Of a DNA stretch of 64,000 nucleotides, positions 9,857 through 18,796 are shown in pieces; position 1 is the stretch's first letter; each line of letters begins with the position of its first letter. The stretch is from a bacterium (GTDB lineage: Bacteria; UBA8248). The stretch covers positions 1 through 64,000 of the forward strand of contig OZ241326.1 of NCBI GenBank assembly GCA_965199855.1, given 5' to 3'. Below the pieces are notes generated by a model that saw only the letters and a list, made by a program, of their open reading frames with translations, made no database searches and was not told the origin of the DNA. A program made the translations under genes and the position numbers.

Positions 9857-10057
9857 ATGTTGAATTTCATGCGAGCGGATGAGGCTATTCCCGCGGGGAG
9901 CATTCAGGCATCCATGCGAGCCAGGTCCAAACTGAGGCTGCGAAAGGAGATTTTTCGCAGCCTCAGAAGACAAGGCTTCATTGTCCGATCGGGCCGCATC
10001 GCGCTCCCTGAAAACGTCACCAAGGAAAAGCATCTCAAAACCGAAAGGTGGGCTTGA
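9857..10057 (+). pseudogene. Possible truncated N-terminal fragment of a DUF4338/Druantia DruA-like gene
   Basis: LRLRKEIFRSLRRQGFIVRSGRIALPENVTKE resembles, from memory, DruA-like N-termini; stops after ~66 codons at the left edge of the low-GC islet. Confidence 0.3.
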
Positions 10058-10091
10058 TTTCCCGCTTCGACCAGCGGTGAAGGAGATATTG

Positions 10092-11501
10092 ATGAAGGCG
10101 AATCCCCTGAATGTCGAGAACCGCTCCCTGTTTCACGCCGACAACCTCGATGTCCTGCGTGGAATCAACAGCAACTCCATTCATCTCATCGCCACCGATC
10201 CACCCTTCAACAAGAATCGGGACTTTCACGCCACGCCCGACAGCCTGGCGTCCGGCGCGTCTTTTCAGGACAGGTGGTCGTGGGAGAAGGACGTCCACCA
10301 GGAATGGGTGGATCAGATCACGGACGATTTTCCGAAACTCATGGAGGCGATAGAGAGCGCGAGATACGCCCATTCGGACGGAATGGGGGCGTATATGTGC
10401 TTCATGGCCGTCCGGTTGCTGGAGATGAGGCGGATACTCCGGGAAGACGGAAGCATCTATCTGCATTGCGATCCTACGGCCAGCCATTACCTGAAGGCCA
10501 TCATGGACGCGATTTTCGGATACAGAAACTTCAGGAATCAGATTGTATGGTGCTACAAGTCCGGCGGAGCCAGCCCAAAGCGGAAGTTCAGCAGCAAGCA
10601 CGATGTTATTCTTTACTTTTCCCAACACCCCCAAGATTACGTATTCAATCCTCAATCAGAGAAGTCTTACAACCGAGAATTAAAACCATACAGATTTAAG
10701 GGCGTGAAGGAATATCAGGACGCCACAGGCTGGTACACTCTAGTCGGCATGAAGGATTATTGGAACCTAGATATGGTCGGGCGGACTTCGGGAGAACGCA
10801 CGGGCTACCCGACCCAGAAACCCCTCGCACTCTACGAGCGCATCATCAGAGCATCTTCCAACGAATGTGATATCGTCCTCGATCCCTTCTGCGGTTGCGC
10901 CACGACGCTGGTCGCCGCCGAGCGCCTCAATCGTCAATGGATCGGCATTGATATCTGGGACAAGGCCCATGAGACGGTCATCCGGCGGCTGCAGGACGAG
11001 GGACTGGCGGCTCCCGACGGCGACACGGGAGGACGCCTTTTTACGGCCGGGCAGATCGCGTATTCAAAGGAGCCTCCCGTCCGCACCGACGAGGGAGAGG
11101 AAGCCGTCCCTCATTTTCAAACCGTAACGAAACGCAACCTGCCCATGGAAGCATGGCAAAAATTCTCCCGCGCCCAAATGACCGAAATACTCAAGGAAGG
11201 ACAGCAATATCAAAAAGACGCGCGGGAAGTGATATGCGCCGGCTGCGGGCGCATTCTGGAGCCTGAATTTATGGAGCTTGACCATATCCAGCCCAGAGCC
11301 GACAACGGCGCAAACGATATATCGAACCGGATATTGTTGTGCCGTCCATGCAATGGGCGGAAAAGCAATCAATTAACCTTGAGCGGGTTGATTCGCGCGA
11401 ACAAGAAGGAGGGATGGATGTCGGATGAGGACATGGCGAAAAGAGCCCAGGCGTCGGCCAAGAACAAATATGAAGAAATACGATATGGACCAGGAAAATG
11501 A
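10092..11501 (+). CDS. Beta-class N6A/N4C DNA methyltransferase fused to a C-terminal Zn-binding HNH endonuclease
   Basis: AAGGAG RBS before ATG 10092; TDPPFN (motif IV), GSIYLHCD, YPTQKP, LDPFCGCATT (motif I); C-terminal CAGC...LDHIQP...N...LLCRPCNGRK. Confidence 0.85.
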   Translation: MKANPLNVENRSLFHADNLDVLRGINSNSIHLIATDPPFNKNRDFHATPDSLASGASFQDRWSWEKDVHQEWVDQITDDFPKLMEAIESARYAHSDGMGAYMCFMAVRLLEMRRILREDGSIYLHCDPTASHYLKAIMDAIFGYRNFRNQIVWCYKSGGASPKRKFSSKHDVILYFSQHPQDYVFNPQSEKSYNRELKPYRFKGVKEYQDATGWYTLVGMKDYWNLDMVGRTSGERTGYPTQKPLALYERIIRASSNECDIVLDPFCGCATTLVAAERLNRQWIGIDIWDKAHETVIRRLQDEGLAAPDGDTGGRLFTAGQIAYSKEPPVRTDEGEEAVPHFQTVTKRNLPMEAWQKFSRAQMTEILKEGQQYQKDAREVICAGCGRILEPEFMELDHIQPRADNGANDISNRILLCRPCNGRKSNQLTLSGLIRANKKEGWMSDEDMAKRAQASAKNKYEEIRYGPGK

Positions 11502-11581
11502 CTTCCAAACTTTTCAATCACTGCCGAATTCATCCATATCAAAACTGATAAATGCTCTTTTCATTATTTAGGCCCTCCTGC

Positions 11582-12079
11582 TCAATTCTTTTCCCGTATT
11601 GAGATCGCTTCTTCAACAACATTAGCGAGATGTTTTTTAATCCAATCGTATCGCTCCTGACTGTTGCTACCCGATGGATCGTAACATTTCACAATGGAGG
11701 AAAATTTCTTGCCGGAGTTGACGTGATTGATGAAATCAAAAGGGTTTTTACCCTTGGCCGATATTTTCCCATCGGAATTTTTCAACCCATGTATATGGAT
11801 ACCCACAACGCCCATCCTTTTGTTCCACGAATTATCAATCTCGTAGTTAATCCACTTCCGGTCTGCTGTATTTGTACCAACAAGGACAACCGCGCAGGAA
11901 CGCCCATGCATCTGATCGTCAATCCACTTTTCGATGGCTTTGTCGCCACCGCTTTTGATGTCCTCCCAGTCATTGTCCGTCGCTGGTCGATTGCCCTCAA
12001 TCACACCAATGTTGCGAACTTCGCTCGCTCGCCAGCTATCCGGCTTGTAATGAAAACTGTAGAAAACTCTCCGTGCCAT
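11582..12079 (-). CDS. TIR-domain protein, Thoeris ThsB / DUF1863 (MTH538-like) family
   Basis: RRVFYSFHY, WRASEVRN, WIDDQM, VVLVG, RKWINYEI with the putative catalytic Glu; low GC. Confidence 0.85.
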   Translation of the reverse strand: MARRVFYSFHYKPDSWRASEVRNIGVIEGNRPATDNDWEDIKSGGDKAIEKWIDDQMHGRSCAVVLVGTNTADRKWINYEIDNSWNKRMGVVGIHIHGLKNSDGKISAKGKNPFDFINHVNSGKKFSSIVKCYDPSGSNSQERYDWIKKHLANVVEEAISIREKN

Positions 12080-12521
12080 TACCCACTCCTACGATATGAG
12101 GATCACCCGATATGAGGATCACCAATAGAGCGAACATCACAGACAAAAGACCGCCATAAAATATCAAAACAGACCAAGACCATGCAACTTGCCAGACAGA
12201 ATTCACTGTGACAACGTGAGGGCGATAGTTAAGATCAAAAGGCTTCTTTGACTCTCCGATCACGACTGCTTCGTAAAGCTTTATGTAGCATCTTTCGAGG
12301 TGAAGGTATTTAGCATCCATCGTCCAGAAGGCGACGACTGACACACAACCTCCAATGCCGAGCAACCAGTGTGGATCATCCGAGAGACCAGAGAAAGCCA
12401 AAGTCGCAGTAACCAATGATATAGCCCAAGTCTTCATTTGCACACTGTTCCCCGCCATGCGGGCAACAATTCCCTGCACCATTTTCAGATGCTCAACCCT
12501 CATTGAAGGATCATCTGTCAT
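12036..12521 (-). CDS. Small (~3 TM) membrane protein upstream of the TIR gene; C-terminus extended by a frameshifting duplication
   Basis: HLKMVQGIVARMAGNSVQMKTWAISLV, FWTMDAKYLHLER and three hydrophobic segments; ATG at 12521. Confidence 0.7.
   Translation of the reverse strand: MTDDPSMRVEHLKMVQGIVARMAGNSVQMKTWAISLVTATLAFSGLSDDPHWLLGIGGCVSVVAFWTMDAKYLHLERCYIKLYEAVVIGESKKPFDLNYRPHVVTVNSVWQVAWSWSVLIFYGGLLSVMFALLVILISGDPHIVGVGNGTESFLQFSLQAG
12092..12123. repeat. Perfect 16-bp tandem duplication (CGATATGAGGATCACC x2)
   Basis: 12092-12107 and 12108-12123 are identical. Confidence 0.95.
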
Positions 12522-12725
12522 AGTGGAAAGCTCCAAGAAACACTGCACACTTGAAAAGATCCACAGGGAAAGGGTGTTATCTTAAAAGATATATGAAAAG
12601 CAACTCAACTACTTAGCCCCCTACTCCCCGAATCTTCTCAATCACGTTCAGGGTCTGCGCGCCAAGGGTGGGGGAGCGTCATGCCGCTCGCCGCGCATCG
12701 GATTCCCGAATGACGGCCGGCCGCT

Positions 12726-13532
12726 TCATCTTCCCGTGAAGACGGGCTTTCGCTTTTCCATGAAGGCGGTTCGGCCCTCCCGGTAGTCGTCGCTGTCGAA
12801 GCACTCGCGCGAGAGCCGCTCGATCAGCGCGAGGTCTCGATCCGCGCCGTCCTTCAGCGTCTCGTCGATGGTGATCTTGGACGCCCTGACGGAAAGCGGC
12901 GCGTTTTCGGCAATGGAGGCGGCCATGTCCACGACGAACTCCTCCAGCTCCTCCGCCGGCGAGACGGCGTTCACCAGGCCGATGTCCAGGGCGTTCGCCG
13001 CCGTGATGCGCCGGGCCGTGAACATGATCTCCTTCGCCTTCGCCGGCCCCACCAGATCGACGAGCCGCTTGAGGCCCTCGAAGCCGTAGGCGATGCCGAG
13101 GCGCCCGGCCGGGACGCCGAACTGCGAATCGTCGGACGCCGCGCGGATGTCCGCCCGGAGCGCGACGCCCAGCCCTCCGCCCAGGCAGTAGCCGCGAATC
13201 ATCGCTATCAAGGGCTTTTTCATGTCCTCCATGACGCGCCCGGCCTCCTCCGAGACCCGCGCGTATTCGGCGGCCTGCGCGGCGCTGCTGCGGCTCTTCT
13301 CGAACTGGGAGATGTCCGCGCCCGAGACGAACGCCTTCTCGCCCGCGCCCTTCATCACCACGACGCGAACGGCGCCGTCCTCCTCGAAGTCCCGGAGTAT
13401 TTCGGCCATTCCCCCCCACATCTCGAGGGAGAGCGCGTTTCTGCGCTCCGGGTTGTTGAAGATCATCCAGCCTATCCCCGCGCCCTTCTCGAACGCCATC
13501 CTGTCCGTCGTCAGCCGCATTCCGCGCTCCAC
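12726..13532 (-). CDS. Enoyl-CoA hydratase/crotonase family protein
   Basis: NNPERRNAL, AFVSGADISQF, GYCLGGG, DYREGRTAFMEKRKPVF. Confidence 0.9.
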   Translation of the reverse strand: MERGMRLTTDRMAFEKGAGIGWMIFNNPERRNALSLEMWGGMAEILRDFEEDGAVRVVVMKGAGEKAFVSGADISQFEKSRSSAAQAAEYARVSEEAGRVMEDMKKPLIAMIRGYCLGGGLGVALRADIRAASDDSQFGVPAGRLGIAYGFEGLKRLVDLVGPAKAKEIMFTARRITAANALDIGLVNAVSPAEELEEFVVDMAASIAENAPLSVRASKITIDETLKDGADRDLALIERLSRECFDSDDYREGRTAFMEKRKPVFTGR

Positions 13533-13565
13533 CCGTTGCGTCCCCCGAGGGGAGACAGAGAATTT

Positions 13566-14753
13566 TCAGACCACGCCCTCTTCCCGCAGCTTGCCTATCG
13601 CCTCCGCATCGTAGCCCATTTCCCCCAGAATCTCCTCCGTGTGCGCGCCCAGTTCGGGAGCCGCCGCGCGCATCCGCTGCGGCGTGCGCGCGAGCTTCAC
13701 CGCTTGGCCCACGACGCGAATCGGCCCCATTTCGGGATGGCGCACCTCGGGGGCCATGTTCAGCCCCCGCACCTGGGGGTCGGCGAAGGTCTCGTCCACC
13801 GCGTAGATGGGGCCGCAGGGAATGCCCGCCTCGTTGAGAATCTCTATCCACTCCGCGCCGGGCCTCGTCCGCGTCCGGCGCGCGATGGCCTCGTGGAGCG
13901 CCTCGCGGTTCTCGTAGCGCTTCTTCACGGTCGCGTAGTCGGGATGCTCGATGAGCCCGGCGAGGTCGAGGGCGCGCGCGAGCCGCTCCCAGAGGTGCTG
14001 GGGGCCGGACTGGATGTTGATTCGCCCGTCCTTCGTCTCGAAAACGCCCGCCGGCAGAAAGGTGGGATGGTTGTTCCCCTCCTGGGCGGGCACCTCGCCG
14101 GAGAGCAGGTATCTGGCGGCCTGGAAGTCCATCATCTGAATCTGGGCTTCGAGCAGCGAGGTGTGCACCCACTGCCCCTCGCCCGAGACTTCCCGCTCGA
14201 GGAGGGCGATGAGGAGCCCCTGCGCCAGCATGAAGCCGGCGGAGAGGTCGGCGAGCGGAATGCCCACCCGCATGGGGCCCTCCCCCGGCTTTCCGGTGAC
14301 GGACATGAGGCCGCTCAGCCCCTGGGCGATCTGGTCGAGGCCCGGTCGTCTGCGGTAGGGGCCCTCCTGTCCGAAGCCGGAGACGCTGCCATAGACGACG
14401 CGCGGGTTCACCGCGCGGCAGGCCTCGTAGTCCACCCCGAGCCTGCGCTTCACGTCGGGGCGGTAGTTCTCCACGACGAGGTCGGCGCCTCTCACCATGC
14501 GGAAGAATATCTCCCGCCCTTGCTCCTCTTTCAGGTTCAGCGAGAGGCTTCTCTTGTTGCGGTGGAGGTTCTGCGCCTCATACCCGCGCCGGGGAGCCGC
14601 CATGTTGTCCGAATAGCCGCTCGAAGGCGGGGCTTCTATCTTGATGACGTCCGCCCCCCAGTCCGCGAACTGCCGCACCGCCGTGGGGCCCGCGCGCGCC
14701 CGGGTGAGATCGAGCAGCTTGAAGCGGGAAAGAGGCAGGGGATTCTCCGGCAC
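13566..14753 (-). CDS. Family III CoA-transferase (CaiB/BaiF)
   Basis: LDLTRARAGP, GADVIKIE, HRNKRSL, ENYRP, SGFGQEGP, APELGAHT; likely GTG start at 14753. Confidence 0.9.
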   Translation of the reverse strand: MPENPLPLSRFKLLDLTRARAGPTAVRQFADWGADVIKIEAPPSSGYSDNMAAPRRGYEAQNLHRNKRSLSLNLKEEQGREIFFRMVRGADLVVENYRPDVKRRLGVDYEACRAVNPRVVYGSVSGFGQEGPYRRRPGLDQIAQGLSGLMSVTGKPGEGPMRVGIPLADLSAGFMLAQGLLIALLEREVSGEGQWVHTSLLEAQIQMMDFQAARYLLSGEVPAQEGNNHPTFLPAGVFETKDGRINIQSGPQHLWERLARALDLAGLIEHPDYATVKKRYENREALHEAIARRTRTRPGAEWIEILNEAGIPCGPIYAVDETFADPQVRGLNMAPEVRHPEMGPIRVVGQAVKLARTPQRMRAAAPELGAHTEEILGEMGYDAEAIGKLREEGVV

Positions 14754-14938
14754 GCGCCGCGCTCCTGTGGAAATGAGAAAAGGCAAGCGATGCGGGGACG
14801 AAAGGCGTCCGGGCACGTCCGCGCCAAGGTATCAGAATCGGGGGGATTTGCGCAGTGCGGGAGGAGATGAATTTCAGCGTTCCGCAGCGCGGCCTGCAGC
14901 GGCCGCGAAAGGGGGAGAGCCGCCGCGCGCCTTTCCTC

Positions 14939-15015
14939 TGGTCGGGGCGAGAGGATTTGAACCTCCGGCTTCCTGCTCCCAAAGCAGGCGCGCTACCAGG
15001 CTGCGCCACGCCCCG
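14939..15015 (-). tRNA. tRNA-Pro (anticodon TGG), CCA encoded
   Basis: Reverse complement CGGGGCGTGGCGCAGCCTGGTAGCGCGCCTGCTTTGGGAGCAGGAAGCCGGAGGTTCAAATCCTCTCGCCCCGACCA folds as a cloverleaf. Confidence 0.95.
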
Positions 15016-15109
15016 GAAAAGGGCGATCAGCCTATCACAGCCGAATCTCGCCGCGGAACATTGGAGAAGCCGGAGCGAGGAGGCGGCGCATCCCCGCCAC
15101 GGCGGAAGG

Positions 15110-17362
15110 TCAGGCGGGGGCGGGCCGGGCGGCGCCTCCCGCGCCGCGCCTGCTTCGCTGATACAGGTAGAGGGCGGCGAAGACGGCCACCGCCGCGAGC
15201 TGAATCATGGGCCGCGCGCCGCCCGTGAGGCCCGTGACGAGCGAGGGCCGGAACGCCGAGACGCACACCACCAGCAGCAGCGCGCGCTCGCCCCAGTTGC
15301 AGTTGTCGGCGAAATAGCCCTGAAGCGCGGAGGCGAAGGCGAACATCGCCACCAGGGAGACCCCGCAGACCCAGACGATTTTGAGCGCGTCGGCGATCCA
15401 GATGATCTCGCCCTTGGGGCCGACGCCCTGCATCATCAGCAGCTCCAGGTTGTAGATGAACACGAAGGGCAGAACGGCCGTCCGCAGGTCATAGACGAAG
15501 CCCTGCACGCCCGTCTGGATGGGGTCGGACTTGGCGATGGCCGACGCCGCGAAGGCGGCGAGGCCCACCGGCGGCGTGTCGTCGGCCAGGATGCCGAAGT
15601 AGAAGACGAACAGATGCGCCGCGAGCAGCGGCACCACGAGGCCCGCCTTTCCGCCCAGGCTCACGATGACGGGCGCGGTGAGCGTCGCCATGACGATGTA
15701 GTTCGCCGTCGTGGGCAGGCCCATCCCCAGAACGAGGGAGCAGAGCGCGGTGAGCAGGAGCATGAGCACCACGTTGCCCAGGGAGACGATTTCGATGAGC
15801 TCGATGAAGCGGCCGCTCAGGCCCGTGAGGGTGACGGTGCCGACGATGATGCCCGCGGCCGCGGTCGCCACGCCGATGCCCATCATGTTCTTCGCCCCCG
15901 CCATGAGGCCCTGCCACACGTCGCCGAAGCTCCGGCCGAAGCCCTCCAGCACCCCGCGCCAGAGACGCTCCTCCAGCTCGCGGAAGTGCGCCTCGCCGAA
16001 CAGCTCCCGTAGGCGGGCGGCGCCCTTCTCGGCCTTCATCTCGCGCAGGACGGCGATGGTGTTCTCCATCGGCCGCTGGATGACGATGATCGCCATCGTC
16101 AGCAGGATCGCGTTGAAGGCCGACGCCACGGCCGACATGCGCAGGACGACGAGCGTCCAGACCAGCGCCGCGATGGGGACGACGTAGTGCAGGCCGCCTA
16201 TGAGCGTATGCCAGAAAGAGGGCAACTCGTCCGCCTCGAGCGGCCGGAGGTTGAGCTTGAGCGCCTCCAGATGGACCACGTAGAAGAGGGCGATATAGGA
16301 GAGCAGGGCCGGCAGGATGGCGGCGCGCACCACGTCCAGATACGCGAGGCCCAGAAACTCCGCCATGATGAAGGCGGCCGCCCCCATGACCGGCGGCATG
16401 AGCTGCCCGTTCGTGCTCGCGCCCACCTCCACGGCGCCCGCCTTGTAGGCGGGCAGGCCCACCTTCTTCATCAGCGGAATCGTGAAGGTTCCCGTCGTCG
16501 CCACGTTGGCTATGGAGGAGCCGGAGACCAGCCCCGTCATTCCCGAGGCGACCACGGCCGCCTTGGCCGGCCCGCCCCGGAAGCGCCCGAGCGCCGCGAA
16601 GGCCACCTGCACGAAGTAGTTCGCCGCCCCCGCCTTGTCGAGCAGGGAGCCGAACAGCACGAAGAGGAACACGAAGCTCGTGGACACGCCGATGGGCACG
16701 CCCCAGATGCCGCTGTCGCTCAGATACATGTGGTCCACCACGAATTCGAGCGGAACGCCCGGATGCGCGATGAAGGAGGGCATGTAGGGTCCCGCGAAGC
16801 AGTAGAGCAGGAACAGGATCGCCAGAATCGGCAGGGCGGGCCCCAGCGCGCGCCGCGCGGCCTCCAGAAGGAGGACGACGAGGATCGCTCCCACGATCAC
16901 GTCGCGCTGGATGGGAAGCCCCGAGCGCTGGATGATGTTCGCGTAGTCCCAGGCCATGTAGAGCGCGCCCATTCCCGCGAGGAGGGCGAGCGCGTAGTCA
17001 TACCAGGGAATGACCTCCCGCGTGGAGCGGCCGGGACGCATGAAGCCCGGGAAAATCTGGATCGAGACGCGCTGCGCCCAGCCCTCCCCCGGCTTTTTCG
17101 CGCCGGGAAAGGCCAGATAGACCATCGTGATGGCGAAGGTGAGATGAATGCTTCTCGCGATGATGGAGTTCATCGGGACATAGGCGATGTAGAGCTGAAA
17201 GCACGACCAGGCGAGTGCCAGCGCGGAAACGAGCCAAGCCGTCAGGTCCTGGGGGTTTCTGCCGCCTGATTCCGCCTCGGCGGCGATTTCCTCCGCCTTC
17301 CGCTTCGCCTCCTCGTCCGCCTCGGCGCTCAAGGCGTCTGCGGAATCAGCCGGCCCGCTCAT
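15110..17362 (-). CDS. TRAP transporter fused 4TM/12TM permease (TAXI type)
   Basis: GGPAKAAVVAS, SGSSIANVATTGTFTIP, GQLMPPVMGAAAF, GMGLPTTANY, DTPPVGLAA. Confidence 0.92.
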   Translation of the reverse strand: MSGPADSADALSAEADEEAKRKAEEIAAEAESGGRNPQDLTAWLVSALALAWSCFQLYIAYVPMNSIIARSIHLTFAITMVYLAFPGAKKPGEGWAQRVSIQIFPGFMRPGRSTREVIPWYDYALALLAGMGALYMAWDYANIIQRSGLPIQRDVIVGAILVVLLLEAARRALGPALPILAILFLLYCFAGPYMPSFIAHPGVPLEFVVDHMYLSDSGIWGVPIGVSTSFVFLFVLFGSLLDKAGAANYFVQVAFAALGRFRGGPAKAAVVASGMTGLVSGSSIANVATTGTFTIPLMKKVGLPAYKAGAVEVGASTNGQLMPPVMGAAAFIMAEFLGLAYLDVVRAAILPALLSYIALFYVVHLEALKLNLRPLEADELPSFWHTLIGGLHYVVPIAALVWTLVVLRMSAVASAFNAILLTMAIIVIQRPMENTIAVLREMKAEKGAARLRELFGEAHFRELEERLWRGVLEGFGRSFGDVWQGLMAGAKNMMGIGVATAAAGIIVGTVTLTGLSGRFIELIEIVSLGNVVLMLLLTALCSLVLGMGLPTTANYIVMATLTAPVIVSLGGKAGLVVPLLAAHLFVFYFGILADDTPPVGLAAFAASAIAKSDPIQTGVQGFVYDLRTAVLPFVFIYNLELLMMQGVGPKGEIIWIADALKIVWVCGVSLVAMFAFASALQGYFADNCNWGERALLLVVCVSAFRPSLVTGLTGGARPMIQLAAVAVFAALYLYQRSRRGAGGAARPAPA

Positions 17363-17425
17363 TCATTCGTCCCCCGGACATTTCCCCGTCCCGCCGCCGG
17401 GCGAGACGGAAAAGCGCGCCGCGCG

Positions 17426-17456
17426 AAGGCCGGAGGACGCTTCGTCCCCCGGCCTT
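17426..17456 (-). terminator. Stem-loop between the TAXI binding-protein gene and the permease gene (terminator or mRNA stabiliser)
   Basis: Minus strand AAGGCCGGGGGACG-AAG-CGTCCTCCGGCCTT, 14-bp stem with one G-U pair. Confidence 0.5.
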
Positions 17457-17476
17457 GTATGCGCGGATTCGCCGGA

Positions 17477-18454
17477 TTACTTCTTCATCATCGCCATGCC
17501 TTTTTCCTTGTAGTAGCGCATGGCGCCCGGGTGGAAGGGAGCCGAAAGGCCCTTGAGCATGTCTTCCTTCTTCAGGAACTTGAACGCCGCGTGCGTGGCG
17601 CGGAACTGATCGAGATTGTCGAAGACGGTCTTCACGACGTTATAGACCACGTCGTTGGGCTGCTTGTCGCCGGTCACGAAGGTGGCCTTCACCGCGTAGG
17701 TGGGCACGTCCTTGCCGACGCCCTTATAGACGCCGCCCGGGATGGTCGTCATCACGTAGTAGGGCTTGCCGGCCACCAGCTTCTGGATGCCCATGGAGTT
17801 CACGGGAATCATGCGGATAGCCGTGCTGTTCGAGATCTCGAGGCCCCCGCCCCAGGGGTTGCCGACGGTGTAGAAGAACGCGTCGATCTTCTTGTCCACC
17901 AGCGCGCGGTTCGCCTCGTTCTGCTGGAGGCCCTCCGCCTTGATGTCCTTGCCCTGATCGATGCCGTAGATGCGCAGGATGTCCTTGGCGTTTCCGCGCT
18001 GGCCGGAGCCGGGGTTGCCGATGTTGATCCGGCGGCCCTTGATGTCGGAGACCTTCATGATGCCCGAATCGGCGCGCGCCACGAGCATGATGGTCTCCGC
18101 GTGAACGCTGAACACGCTCCGCAGTCCCTTGTAGGCCTTGCCCTTCCAGTTGGCCGCGCCGTTGTAGGCCTGCCAGTTTCTGTCGGACTGGGCGACGCCG
18201 AAGTTCAGGAGGCCGCGCTTGATGGCGTTGATGTTGAACACCGAACCCAGCGCGGGCCGGCCGATGCAGTTGTAGCCCTTGCTCTTGAGGTTCTTGTTCA
18301 CCAGTTTGCAGACGTTGAGCGCCACCTGATAATAGACGCCCGTGGTGGAGCCGCCGCCGACCACCAGGAACTTCGCGGCGCTCGCCGGAGCCGCCGCTCC
18401 CGCCAGCGCAATCGCCGTCACGAAAGCGAATACGAACTTCATCGTCTTCTTCAT
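17477..18454 (-). CDS. TAXI-family TRAP solute-binding protein
   Basis: Signal peptide, GGGSTTGVYY, GSVFNIN, GVAQSD, NIGNPGSGQR, PFHPGA; start MKKTMKF at 18454. Confidence 0.92.
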   Translation of the reverse strand: MKKTMKFVFAFVTAIALAGAAAPASAAKFLVVGGGSTTGVYYQVALNVCKLVNKNLKSKGYNCIGRPALGSVFNINAIKRGLLNFGVAQSDRNWQAYNGAANWKGKAYKGLRSVFSVHAETIMLVARADSGIMKVSDIKGRRINIGNPGSGQRGNAKDILRIYGIDQGKDIKAEGLQQNEANRALVDKKIDAFFYTVGNPWGGGLEISNSTAIRMIPVNSMGIQKLVAGKPYYVMTTIPGGVYKGVGKDVPTYAVKATFVTGDKQPNDVVYNVVKTVFDNLDQFRATHAAFKFLKKEDMLKGLSAPFHPGAMRYYKEKGMAMMKK

Positions 18455-18635
18455 CGGACCTGCCTCCTCAGAGTGCGGTAAGAGAGAACGGGCCCGCCCG
18501 CCGGCTCCGGCGAACGCTCCCTTCGCGCAAACGGCATCCATCGGCACTCATCGTGGATGACCAATTCTTACGACGAAAAACCCCAGCCGTCGGCTTCCCG
18601 CCGATTCCATGTTCGCATGGTTGTCGTCCGCTTGA

Positions 18636-18664
18636 AGCATAATGAGCGAAAAAGGGGATGTCAA
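18636..18664 (-). promoter_or_regulatory. Sigma70-type promoter for the TAXI-TRAP operon
   Basis: Minus strand TTGACA-17 nt-TATGCT. Confidence 0.6.
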
Positions 18665-18796
18665 CAAGCCATTTTCACTTCTTTGGGGTATCTTCATCGG
18701 GCGGGACGCCTGATTTTCGGCGCCTCCGCCGACCACGAAAGGCGCGCCATGCGGCGGCTTCCGCCTTTCCTTCCCTCCCTTTCGCGAGGACGCGGG

